Below, in pieces: positions 25,338 to 37,272 of a stretch of 64,000 nucleotides of DNA (its first letter is position 1; every line of letters starts with the position of its first letter). Location: NCBI GenBank assembly GCA_046563655.1, contig CM102288.1, positions 5,952,001-6,016,000 on the forward strand, written 5' to 3'. The position numbers were made by a program, and so were the translations under genes. The notes beneath the pieces were generated by a model. The model had not been told where the DNA came from. It ran no database searches and saw nothing but the letters and a program-made list of their open reading frames with translations. The stretch is from Yuukianura sp. NJ FZ-2021 (Eukaryota).

Positions 25338-26723
25338 ATGAGTAACTTAAAGAACTTCTCAGTAGTGTTATTCACTGCTGAAAACAGATACTCAGTAGTT
25401 CCATCATCTTGGATTGACCTATCTGGTGACAGTGTTTCCAGTTTTTGGCCCAACAAGAAGACAAAAAATGCAGCTGCTTTGGTTAAATGTGCCGACTCAC
25501 TTCCAGAAGATGATTGGGAGAATCATTTGATTGAACTAATCAAGTCGTTTGGTGAGTATACATTTGCAATTGTAAGTATGCATAAACTTATATATAAACC
25601 CTTGTATTCTTATATTGCTTTGCAGACAGTTACGATAAGGCGTACAAAAAGTCGGGCGCGCTAAGGAAAACGAAGGGACTGGAAATCGTGGACACCAGTG
25701 AAAGTGAGGCAACTGTTGGAAGGGCAAACGTAAACCCACCATCGACGTTTCTACTTCAGACAACTGAAGAGACGGTTGTTGGGACCACAGCTGATGAAGG
25801 TTAACTATGTATTTCATCTTATTTCATCGTTTAACCAGAATAACCAAACATAATTATATGATTTTTAGTGATTTCAAATGCTCACGGAGATCAAACCTAC
25901 GAGTTAGTTCCGCAGACTGCATTCGCACAGTTTTATAGCGAATTCCAAGGTACTGCTCATATAACCTACTGACTTCATAATTATTCGTAATGATCGCCTG
26001 ACTTAATAACATGGAATATATTCTGTTTTTAGCATTCCAAAAGGTCACACTAGAGAAACAGGAACAACTGCTTCTAGAATTGGCTGACACTCAACGATTA
26101 TTGAGACAGGCATTATCTCAAGTCCAAATTGGGCAGGGAGTCATTCATACATATGGTCCATTGCCCCTAAAATCGGTAGAAGAACTTTGGAAAACTGAAG
26201 CTACTGTGGACGACCGCTGCCAGTTTCAACTGCTGGTAACTTTTGTGTTACATTTTTTCTTGAACATTTGAATGAAATTTATCACTTTTTAATCAAACAT
26301 AACTGGTTTTAGGTTGAAGAACTTCAAAGATGTGGGGGATCTACTGTAACAAAAACTGTCTACAACACTTTGCGTCACTTGTTGTGCATTGATCTGGCAA
26401 GAAAAATCCGACTTACCGACGTGTCTGGCAAGATTTGTTTTGGGCCTTTAAGACTAGCAAACGCAGTCAGAGGTATTAAAAACTAAAAAATTACATAATG
26501 CAAAATTTAACACTTAACTAACAATTGTGTGTGTATTATTTTAGTTTCAGTTCAGCACTCGTGGGGAACAACACACGCAAGTGACAGTGCGATAAACGAG
26601 GCCATTGGGAAGTATTTTCGGAATACGCTAGAACGGAAAGAGAAACATGGAAACCCCACGACGGTCCAAGAGGAGGAGGATCCGGAAGGCGGTGGAACGA
26701 ACTTTGGAGTCAATACGCAGTAA
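25338..26723 (+). CDS. Transposon accessory protein, DUF4806-type (6 exons)
   Basis: Spliced GT-AG exons are open throughout. N-terminal VVF..E...VVP..W...FWP...W motif; C-terminal LPLKSVEEL...GG..V....LR.L....LA......GK..F..I.KYFR, which I recognise as typical of DUF4806 proteins in animal EnSpm-like elements. Confidence 0.7.
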
Positions 26724-28566
26724 CGTAACCGCAAATAATGGCACTCCATGTGACGCAGCTCCAAACTATCCAACTTCTGACAACTCAACTCCAGTTATAC
26801 TCACGTCACACACTACCTCCGACATAGTGATGGCAACTTCGCCAGTTAGTAAAAGGTTATTCAGTAATTTAGAATTAGATAATCAATCCAATATGCCCAA
26901 CAACAATTCCGTTCTGTCTAAGCGAGAGCAACTAAAGGAGTGGGCCATTAATAATCATATTCAAAATACGGCTGTTTCTGAATTGCTCCAGCTTTTACAA
27001 AACTGGCTTCCGTTTAACGATTTTCCGAAAGATGCCAGAACACTTCTGAAAACACCCAGATCTCAATTAGTTCAAAATATTAGCGGTGGAAAGTTTGTTT
27101 ACATGGGAATCTCAACTCACATTCAAAAATTTCTGAAAAACTTACCCAACTTATCTAAATTAAGCGGAAGTATAACCTTAACGATTAATATCGACGGCCT
27201 CCCTTTATCCAAAAGTTCTAACTTACAACTTTGGCCTATTCTCGGAAAAATTGACCAGGCAAACGACAAAGAAGTGTTCGTTATTGCTCTGTATTCTGGA
27301 TTTCACAAGCCCCTTTGCGTTAATGAGTATTTAAAGGAATTCATAGACGAAATGACTGAGCTTGAACAGAACGGAATAATGTTTAACAACGAAAAACTGT
27401 TAGTTAGCATAAGTAAATTCGTATGTGATGCACCAGCCAGCCAGAGTTATATTAAGTGTGTTAAGCCACACCATGCATACCATGGTTGTGAGCGATGCTA
27501 TGTTAGGGGGAAATGGAAACTAAATCGAGTAACGTTTTCAAATTCTAGGTCATTGTATTCAAACCTGTCCTTTCGTAAGGCTTTATACAAAAAGCATCAT
27601 AACGGTGTCTCTCCCCTGCTAAATTTACAATTAGACATGATTTTTCAAATACCATTAGATTACATGCATTTGTGTTGTCTTGGTGTTATGAAAAAATTAT
27701 TATTAATTTGGACCGAAGGGCATTATAAGCTTTCACGGACTCAAACTGAAGAAATATCTAGTCGGCTTTTAGTCTTTGCAAAGTTTATACCGGTAGAATT
27801 TGTTAGAAAGTCACGTTCGTTAAAGGATTTGAGACATTTCAAAGCCACCGAATTTAGATTGTTTATGCTTTATGTCGGACCAGTAGCTTTGAAATCTATA
27901 TTACCGTCAGAAAAGTATAAGCATTTTTTGTTGTTTCATTTAGCAATTTATATTCTTGTTTCAGAGGAGGGTAGTTCAAGTGAGAATTGGGTAGAGTATG
28001 CAAACTCATTGTTGTTAGAATTTGTTACTAAGTTACCCGAATTGTATGGTACAGAACTTCTAACTTATAATATGCATTCTTTAATTCATTTAGCAGGTGA
28101 TGTTAAATTACATGGAAGTTTGGACAGTTTTAGTGCGTTTGACTTTGAAAACTATATGCAGACACTGAAACGATTTGCCAGATCTCCAAATTTCCAATTA
28201 GAACAAATTGCAAATAGAGTGACTGAACGAAACGGGCTAGTTTTAGAAGTTAAAACTAAAGCTAATTTTTGTACTTTTAGGAAGACGTTAGGAAATTCGT
28301 GTTTTATGACTACTGATGACAGGATTTGTATTATTAACGAAATAGACGCTAAGAATAAGAAAGCGCTTGTGCAATTTTTTCACAGAAAGGTTAGGGCGAA
28401 ACATTATCCATGTAAGTCGTCATTATTTGGAATTTTTGTATGTAGCGAACTTAGTAACGAGGTAGCAACGATTTCTTTGACTAGTGTTAAGAGGAAGTTG
28501 ATACGCTTACCGTTTAAGTCTACTTACTTTTGTATTCCATTACTTAATTATAAATTCATTATTTGA
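26647..28566 (+). CDS. EnSpm/CACTA-family DDE transposase
   Basis: 639-aa ORF with LPKD(A)RTLLKTP, NIDGLP..KSS....WPIL, CDAPA, H...GCERC, LDYMHL..LGV, KATE.R.F, YNMHSL.HL and SAF.FEN motifs. Confidence 0.9.
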   Translation: METPRRSKRRRIRKAVERTLESIRSNVTANNGTPCDAAPNYPTSDNSTPVILTSHTTSDIVMATSPVSKRLFSNLELDNQSNMPNNNSVLSKREQLKEWAINNHIQNTAVSELLQLLQNWLPFNDFPKDARTLLKTPRSQLVQNISGGKFVYMGISTHIQKFLKNLPNLSKLSGSITLTINIDGLPLSKSSNLQLWPILGKIDQANDKEVFVIALYSGFHKPLCVNEYLKEFIDEMTELEQNGIMFNNEKLLVSISKFVCDAPASQSYIKCVKPHHAYHGCERCYVRGKWKLNRVTFSNSRSLYSNLSFRKALYKKHHNGVSPLLNLQLDMIFQIPLDYMHLCCLGVMKKLLLIWTEGHYKLSRTQTEEISSRLLVFAKFIPVEFVRKSRSLKDLRHFKATEFRLFMLYVGPVALKSILPSEKYKHFLLFHLAIYILVSEEGSSSENWVEYANSLLLEFVTKLPELYGTELLTYNMHSLIHLAGDVKLHGSLDSFSAFDFENYMQTLKRFARSPNFQLEQIANRVTERNGLVLEVKTKANFCTFRKTLGNSCFMTTDDRICIINEIDAKNKKALVQFFHRKVRAKHYPCKSSLFGIFVCSELSNEVATISLTSVKRKLIRLPFKSTYFCIPLLNYKFII

Positions 28567-29822
28567 TTCGTCGAATATGTAAATAAACTGTACAGTTTCA
28601 AGCAATATTGAATAGGCGTTGTTCATTGCTGTGGCGGAATAGGATTGAATACATGATGTTCCAGTAAGTAGAACATACTACTGTAGTAACGAACTTTTAC
28701 GCACCAAACTCATGCAGTGCACCTCGGTGTGTATTACATGCACTCTTGTCCAGTGTTGTGTAGCGTGCGTCGACTTTACAGTACCGTTTACATGACATGT
28801 AAACGGTATCGAGAAAAGGGGCAAAACAACACAAAATCGTTATGCCAAAAAACACAGCATCGCAGTGTGTAATCAGTACGGTTTGGTAGCTTGGGTCTAA
28901 TATACTTCAAACTTGTTTCAAAGTAAACAGTTTTTGAGTGCTTTTGTTGTTTTTTAGGCGCATGAGCAACTTTCTGCAAAAAACTGCAATTTTAAGTCCT
29001 GATTCACTGTGGTACCTCAAATTCCAGTTTCATTTTAATTGTCACTCTGCCCAGCCTCTCCCCAAAACTTAAAAACTTGATTGTTAACTACTTTTTAATG
29101 CTATGTTGATTTTGAACTTTTCAAAGTACAAGACACATCCAAAGGTCAAAAGCGCGTGAAAGACTCGTTTGCTCAAAGTCATTTTGAGGTCAAGCTTGAC
29201 TTGTTTAATCAAAGTCTGTATAATTCAAAATGGTGATCTTGAAGATGAAAAAGTGCATGAAGAAAGTGCTAAAACTCCAATGTTAAAGTAAGTGTTAATT
29301 AGTTCTAATTTTCGCTTAAATTAACTTGGCATTTGTGGCGTTCCAAAAATAAGTTAAGTTTGACCTGCAGTGCAAAAGTGCAATCGTAAACCTGACAAAT
29401 TTAATATTTAACATTGCCAATAGTTTCCAAAGGTTGCAGTACGGCTTAACTGTTGAACTTGTAACCTCTCAATTTAACAGCCTTAACCATGTTGGATCAA
29501 GAGTTCTTTTAATTTCGTAACTGCCGGTGTTTACAACCGTTAGAACTCAGCCTTAAGTCATCCAAGGCTGCTGCATTGAAAACATAATTGCCTGTTTCTA
29601 ACCTTCAATTTATGCTAGAGTTAATTTACTTTACTTTTAGTTTAATCTTAATTATCCTTCCACTTAACAATAATTAACACTAATTCTCCGTTTACAAACT
29701 CAGTATTTAAACATTACTCTTCTCAAATTCTCTCCCAGTGTTTTTTGAACCTTCTGAATTCAAAAACTAAGAAACAAAACACAAATTCAAATTTAAAACT
29801 AAAAAGCAAATTTAAAACGAAA

Positions 29823-30278
29823 ATGCGCGGAATTCAAATTTGGACTATTGCGTTTCTGGTGACATTGTCGCCGTCTGCCATGGCGACCAACTCCTTCGAC
29901 CGCTCATGCACTTACGACGGAAATTGTAACTTCAACAACGGAAGAGCCTCCGACACTGTTTTTCTGCCATGTGAGTCTGGTAAATGTGTTTGCAGAGAAC
30001 CCGAGTACAAGATGATGGATGTCGCCTTCTACTCCGTCTCAGATGTCGCCGGAGACTGTGTCGTCGAAGGTAGTGCTCCTTGTGGGACATCCAATGGACT
30101 CACACTCAAGTGCCAGTCGGGACGCACATGCGTAGAAGGTAGATGTCGCTCCACGGCTGAAATCAGATCAACTCCACTCAACTACGCATGCTCAGAAAAC
30201 ATTGATTGTCAGGAAGGACTCGTCTGCAAGGGCAGAGTAGGATCTTTCCCACCAATGTCATACTGCAGCAGACCATAA
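29823..30278 (+). CDS. Small intronless secreted Cys-rich protein (EB-module-like)
   Basis: ATG 29823, signal peptide MRGIQIWTIAFLVTLSPSAMA, about 14 Cys in C..G.C.C and C...DC..GL.C patterns; TATA-like TATTTAAA near 29705. Confidence 0.8.
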   Translation: MRGIQIWTIAFLVTLSPSAMATNSFDRSCTYDGNCNFNNGRASDTVFLPCESGKCVCREPEYKMMDVAFYSVSDVAGDCVVEGSAPCGTSNGLTLKCQSGRTCVEGRCRSTAEIRSTPLNYACSENIDCQEGLVCKGRVGSFPPMSYCSRP

Positions 30279-30572
30279 AAAGTTACATCAAACTAAGGAT
30301 AACATAATTTATGTTACTACATCAGTACATGTGAAACATAAATTATGTTACATAACCAAACAGTTATTACATAAAAATAAATTGGATTGTACTTACCGAC
30401 GGAAGAGAAACCCTGAGACCATGTTTTATTCCAGCAAGATCACATGTACATAAAAATATTAACTCGAAATTGGAAATTCGTTTTCAGAAAAGAAGAGCCC
30501 TTATGACCTTATTTTCGTATTTTTGAAATTTTTGATGAGTCAATGACCTTAAAGCTCCGGTTTTAGATTCCT

Positions 30573-32037
30573 TTAGGACGGAACGAAGAATCGATTAATC
30601 TCTACCGCTATTTCCTCTGGATTGTTCAAATGCAGGAAATGATTTCCTCGCAGTCTAACGAGTTCAAAAGTTTCGCAGGACTTTTCATAGCTGCGTTCCA
30701 CTGGATTACGAACTGCAGGGCCCTCTATAGTGGACCCTTCGAATGCTTCTATAACAAGAGTCTTTGGTCGGAAGTCCTTGATAACTTCCAGGTAGGCAGC
30801 ATGTGAGAATCTTAAAATGGACGAACTCATGAGTCGTTGATCTCGATTATACGCCCACTCGAATTCATTGATCTGCCGAGTGCCTCGGATACACAGAGTT
30901 TTAGCGGCTGATTCCGTGAGTGGATAGTTGCAGTGACGAGTGTAGTCCATCAATCGTCGATATGTCGTTTCATATGGAAATCCTTTTGGCTCGATGTTGT
31001 CCTGCTTCTGGACTTTGTCAAGAGACATGAAGGCACTGATACCGTCACCAAGTCTCATGGCACATTCGTCAGGCGGATCAGTAATTGTCTTCAGCTGATC
31101 AATCGAAACGAACCGTTGTATCTGGAATGACACAAATATGTCACTCAATTAATTGATTGCACGTCAGTACATAAATGCAATTACATAACTCGAACTTACA
31201 TAACGCAGAAATGCACAAGTAGAAATTACATAAAAAAAATCTTGTAGGTGCAACATACCTCTTCCGGATACAAAGACGCATATAAAAAACCGAGAGATCC
31301 GCCCATACTGTGACCCATGTACCAAAATTTCTTCCAGCCCAAGTGATTAACCACTCGACGAATCACTGTCACAAAGTCCTAATCAACGACAAAAGATAAC
31401 TTAACTTTTCAATTAACTCAAAAGTCACCAACTTTTGGTTAATTGAACTTTAAGTTACAGTCTGAGCTTAAACACTGACCAAGTAATGATATGGGAATCC
31501 AGTTGGCAAGTGAGAGCTTCTACCGTGTCCAGGCATTTCCACTACGACGATGTACAGAGATCTCCGAAGCAGTGGAATTAGTTTATCAAACGTTCCAGCA
31601 TTATCCATCCACCCATGCACTGCAAATAAGCGTGACAAACAGATATGCATATGTGACAACATACGAGTAAAAAACTAATTATGACGTTAACGTTCTAAAA
31701 CGTTCTGAAAACGTTCTCAAACTACCTGCTAATACTGGCTGGCCAGTCGCTGCGTCGCCCCATGTTTTACCTAAAATGTATCACCTCAATTACATTTCTT
31801 TTCAAATTTGAACCAAGAATGCATGTTGTATCGTTCCAAATTTAGACGACCTGCTACATGACCCCACGGCACAGGAATCCTAACTTCACTCGTTCCCAAA
31901 ATACCCGGGTTCACATCGAAGTCAATCTAAACAAAAAAAATTCCATAAAAAACGAAAAGTAGAATATCAATTTGTGTTCGTCTTCGTATAAATCGAAAAC
32001 GTAAAATGCTGACCTTTTTAAAGGCGAAAGCGGACAT
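30573..32037 (-). CDS. Alpha/beta-fold serine hydrolase, kraken/SERHL-like
   Basis: About 6 exons: [36 protein letters not shown], nucleophile elbow GHSMG, catalytic His in [11 protein letters not shown]. Confidence 0.9.
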
Positions 32038-32426
32038 GACGTCTGATTGCGAGTTGAAACTGCCAACTACCGTTAAATTTAATTACTAACTTCTCAATTA
32101 ACGTTAACATCAACGAAACACGAATTCACTCAACAAGTGATCAAAAATTTGCAACAAACCAACAAACGTCAGCTGTTTCTGATTGTTCAAAAAGTTACCG
32201 CCCATCACGATAACAAACACCACAAATGGGCATCCAATTTTATGTTAACTCTCACATGCAAAACTTAACAGAATTATAGTATAATATATATAATTAATTT
32301 AATAATATAATTTCTAATAGGTATATTCATTTAAGTTAATACGTTAAATATAACAACACATTTTGATATAAAGTACAAGTAAAACACGACTTTTCCAACT
32401 CCTTACGCTCCGTGTAGTGTCATTAT

Positions 32427-32520
32427 CAGATCTGCCAAAAATATTTAGTTCCCATGCCTGTAATGTTAACAAAATCAATACTTTACTACTAGGTAAATAT
32501 ACAGAAATTTAGATTACTAC
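32427..32520. mobile_element. Fragment of the MITE family seen at 1522-1711
   Basis: CAGATCTGCCAAAAATATTTAGTTCCCATG..AATGTTAA matches the reverse complement of 1660-1711. Confidence 0.65.
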
Positions 32521-32983
32521 TGGAAATGATGGTAAAAAGAAGGTATACTGTGCACAATGCGTCAAATCGATTTGTCGTTACACATTTTCTTGTACAAAAG
32601 TTTTGGAAATAAAAATGTTTATGATGTTTTGGGCGTCGTCAGAATTTGTTTTAGTTGTCGTATTCATGCTCCAGAGAATTTCCTAATTAAACATCTCCAA
32701 ATGAGGAGAAGTCCAAATGAAATGAACGAATTATGCAAACATGAACTTTGGACACGCAACGCAGAATTTCAAATTTCAAAAATAGCCGGGTCTCCCTTGG
32801 TCCATTTTCCTCGTCACTAACTAACTGGAAACTCCTGTTCACTCGAAGCATTTTTGGAAAAACTTGGTTCCCAAATCTTAGAAAAATATTTACTTCAAAA
32901 ACTTTTCTAAAAACTGCTAAACTTTAAAAGAAGCTTACAGAAAACTTTTGAAAAAAAGCAATTTTTAGTTGCGAAAATCTACC

Positions 32984-34813
32984 ATGGACAGAATTCAGCC
33001 TTCGGAATTGGAGGGTACGGAAAACGCTTGATGTTTACATAATTTCAAAACCAAATATTCTAATTTACTTTTCAACATGTCGAAAAACTTTTTTTTCCTA
33101 ATTTTTGTTTGCTTTTTGAAAAAGTTTTGACATGTTTCGTTTTTAATTTCGAGGTGTCAGAAACAGCGAAGCTTTTGGCGAAAACGCAGAAAATGATGTT
33201 CATCGTCTCAAAAATGTGGCGGAAAGAAGAGGAAACGGAAAACAAATCAAACCATTAGTATTGGAAGTTGATATTCCAAAAGGTCAAAATGATCTTGACC
33301 TTTACCTGGAATCAGCAAAGATCAAAGGTCATGAAGATGACCTCGGCTCAGCACTGGTCAGCGCAGGTCAACCACCTCCTACGCCTCCTACTCCGCATGA
33401 TCTAGTGACCAAATCACCACAAATCGCCATGAGTCCACACCATATTGAATTGTTTCCTTTTGCAACTTTTGAGTACTTGAATGACGTTGCAACGTTCGTG
33501 ATGACCCGAACTGGACCAAACAGTGCAAAAATCAGCACGACCCCGTCTGACCTTGAGCAGTTGACCTCTGACCTTGACCTCTTCAGATGCGAATACTCAG
33601 AAGGAACTTATTGGGAGGGATGCAATCCAGAAGCACTTGAAAAGAGAACGACTATCTACGATACACAAAATTCTAAACTCGTCATGCAACTGCACTACGT
33701 CATGCCCCCGTGCAACTCCTGCTTTGAAGAAGTAAGTTTTCAAAAAAAAAATTTAAGACGAGCATGCTGCACATTCTTGCTGGGGCTTCGCCGCCAATCG
33801 TTCAATCGTGTTAATAGGTGCTGCAATTATAATCGTTATTTTTTAAAGATCCTTTGAAAATTTGGAGTTGAAAAATTCCTATTTTATGCAGAATACTACA
33901 TAATAGCCATTGTTTCCAGAATTGCTGAGGTTGAATTCTAAAATTTCCTGGACTTGTTTTAATTTTTTTTCAAAAATTTCGAATACAATTTTGGAAATTT
34001 AATTTTCAAAAAACGCGATTTTTTTAACGCGAAAATAGAAGCACTGGAAGTTGAAATGCACAAATTTTTCTTTACGTCTGCTCATTAGTATTGTAATAGA
34101 CTTTGTTAAACTAATTTTTGAAATTTTGAATGCAGGAGTCGAACAGAATTGAAATTTTTGGAGCGGATGAACGTTTAATGGCGACCATTTTGCAGAAGAA
34201 GACGTGGGTGGGTTCACGCGTCGATCGTGAAATTTTGATTGAACCTGGTCCGTATGGAAAGTGTAACACATACACTGCCAGTTTCACTTGGAGTGATGCA
34301 TCCATCAATGTAAGGTCAATTACCCTGAAAGATCAGGAACCTTGAAAGGTCAATGACCCAGAAAATTGAAAGGTCAATTGCCTTGAAAGGTCACGTGAAC
34401 AAAAATTTGAATTGGAAAAATTTTCCCGCTGTTTTAGTTTAAATCCAACCGAAGTGGAATTGTCGTTGCGACATTGATGACTGATTGCGTTGAAAAAGGC
34501 AAAGAGTCATCCTATGTTTTACAATTTCTGCGTCGCGACGTTTGTCCCAGAGACAAGGTCATGCTTGTCGCATTCACCCTTGCCAGGGTAAACATTTCCA
34601 AAATTTCGAAAAAATTCAAAATTTCAAAGATTCATAGATTCATATTTTGAAATTCCTTTTACCCCAAAACTTTTTACTCCTAAGGATACTTTGATGTCAG
34701 ATGAATCACACATGCGTCAAGCAGTGGAACGCACTACAATGTTTTTAGTCATCATCGCCTTCATCGTCATCTGCACTTACCTCTTGAACAGTAGCAAACA
34801 ACTTGCTACTTAA
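32984..34813 (+). CDS. Phospholipid scramblase/LURP-like (tubby C-terminal fold) protein, divergent
   Basis: Spliced model (ATG 32984; exons near 33160-33732, 34136-34309, 34438-34587, 34686-34813): Pro-rich N-terminal part, FRCEYSE..W..C....R...IYD.....VMQL....PC..C, IEI......ATI.QK, L.F...D....DKVMLVA and a C-terminal hydrophobic helix. Family recognised from motif spacing only. Confidence 0.55.
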
Positions 34814-34881
34814 ATTTTTATTTTTCAAGATTTCAGTTTTCAAAATTTCAAAAAGTTTGAATTTTCCCGCCTTCATCCATC

Positions 34882-37272
34882 TCAATCTTCATCTTCTTCA
34901 CTGGATGATCCACAAGTAGACTGGAGAGCAGCCAACACTCTTTTTTTTTCTTCTTTTGTTTTTAGACACTTTGCAATTTGTTGCAAATGAACCGAAATCC
35001 CACCCGTCCGCTCGTACGCCTCCCACCTCTTCAAAAAAAATCATAATTTTGAAAAAAAAAATTTATAAATTTTGAAAAAAAAAGTTTTCTTTTTATAATC
35101 TGGAAAACACAATTACCTCTCCCTCGTAGTCTAAATTAAAATCGATTTTCTTCAGTTCGAATTCAGAAGTGGTAGCTGACCTCTGAATATTTTTTGATCT
35201 AGCAGATTCAAAATTTTGAAAAAGTAGAATTTTCAAAATCAAAATTTTCTCCGGAATCAAAATTTGAAACTTTATAGTATATGTTTTAAATTTTACCGCT
35301 GTTGGTCGATTGGTCGATCGAGTGGATTTCTGTACGGTGCCCATCTGTATGCTGCGTCGACGCAGATCCTGAAATTGTTCATAGTCGTTTCCATGTCAAC
35401 CAAAAACCAAAGCGACCAATCAGAGCCGATCTTCAGCTCGGTTGGATTCAGCCACCGCTGAACCATTTTCTCGTTGAACAAAGTCTCCATAGCTTTCACA
35501 TACCTTGTCAAAATTTCAGAATCGTCAACATTTTACACTAAAATTTCATGAAAAGTTAAAATTTTTGAAAATTTGATGAGATTCATGCCTGTGATGCATG
35601 TTCATGTTTTGGCGAAAAGTAGAAAAACAAATTCCCCTGACGGCGTCGATTGTTCTCCACGCCGATTCGATAAATAAATCAAATTCGCACATTTTCTCAG
35701 AAGTGGACGAAAAGTTAAAAAAATCCCGCTCTCCAGAATAGTCGCGCACACTTTTCACCTATTTTAAAATTCAAAATTGGAAGAAAAAAAGTTTCTTGAA
35801 ATTAACATTTTTTCAAAAATTTTCAAAATTTTGAAAAAGTAGTTACATTTACCTCGGAACTGCACAGATCTCCTTCCAGACGAAACGGTGGATCGCGTTC
35901 TGCACAAAAATTTAACGCGTCCAAAATATCCGTGCTTTCTTCAATCCTCAAATCCTGGATTTCCTCAGTTCCAAAATCACGCAGGAGAAACAGAAAACCG
36001 TGAGTGAAGCGATTGATGAAATCTCGATGCAAAAACGGATGTTGGCAAGTAGCAGACAAAATTGAAACACTTTTCAAAAAAATCTGAACTATTTCGAAAT
36101 TTAGCCCAGATGGAACTTGGATCTTGTCAGAATCCAGAGTATGAAAAGTGTCAAAAAGAAAATCGGCCAATCGCAGCGTTTGGTCTGCCAGGAACTGCTT
36201 AATTTCGGTATTTTCAAATTCCTTGTCATATGTAAATGTTACGCGCTTTTGGCGCGTAGAAGTTTGGTCGTTAGCGAGATTAGGGTCGTTGACCTCTGCT
36301 GAAGTGTCTTCTAAGCATTCCTTGAAGCAAGAGGTCATGTCAACCCAGTCAATATATGGCCCATCTAAAGAAATTTCAAAATTTTGAAACTTCGAAGTTG
36401 TAAAAATTCCATGTTTTTTTTTTGAAAAAGCGGACAAAATTTTGATATTTTTACCTTCGTTTACCGAAGCAAGATCTGCCGCTGGCCAAGTATCGACTAA
36501 AACAACTTGTGTCTGCGCTGGGGTCAAGGTCAACTTTGACTCCGGGTCAATTTCTGAGTGAATTGTGAACGCAGGGCTACAGAAGTTACTGTACAACCTA
36601 CAAATCGCTGTAAAAATTACTCTTGAACACATTTTCCATTCGAAATTTAGGTATTCGGTACCACTTGAGGTACTAGCGAAATACCCAAAAGACAACTTCT
36701 AACTCACATGTAAACTCAGGTTAAGGTCTACTTATTTCCTAGTTGTAGAAGATTTTCTGTGAATACGCTTCTTGGGGTACCTCGGTACGCCCTAAAGAAA
36801 ATTCCAAGTGTGCTAGAATTTTGAAACCCAAAACAGAACATTTTCTGTAACGATACCGTGGTACCTCGCTTCTGATACCTTTTGTTTTTACATTAGGTTT
36901 TCTGTGGATACGCTTTTTCAAGTACCTCAGTACTTCCTACAAGAAATTTCCTGTGGTAGAATTTCAAAACCTAATGCTGCAGGAAACTTTCTGTAGAGGT
37001 ACCGCGGTAATTCCCCTGTGGTACCACATGTCTTACCGTACTACATGGTTTCCAGTGAAACTGAAGCACTCGATAGTCTGCGCTTGTGCAAAGTGTACCC
37101 CAAACGGACATTGCCCAAAGTCAAATCGCTGCCAACCGTTGAGACAAAATTTCACTTCGTTTTTTAAAAAGTCACTTTCTCTTTGTTTAGTTTTGACGGC
37201 AAATGTATGAACTATTTCGAAAATACCGCAAAATACCACCGTTTTTGAAATTAAAAGTACAAATTTGCACAT
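34882..37272 (-). CDS. Uncharacterised multi-exon protein with predicted signal peptide
   Basis: ATG 37272 (MCKFVLLISKTVVFCGIFEIVHTFA). Phase-compatible exons correspond to ORFs 37033-37302, 35823-36695, 35546-35758, 35293-35511 and 35093-35344, with a last exon ending SSSEEDED* at 34882. No family recognised. Confidence 0.6.

Larger units (their letters stand above)
24942..28895 (+). mobile_element. Full-length CACTA/EnSpm (CMC)-like DNA transposon, about 3.95 kb
   Basis: TIRs CCCAAACTACCATCCATACTGATT / AATCAGTACGGTTTGGTAGCTTGGG with a 2-bp TSD TC (24940-24941, 28896-28897). Encloses two ORFs. Confidence 0.85.
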
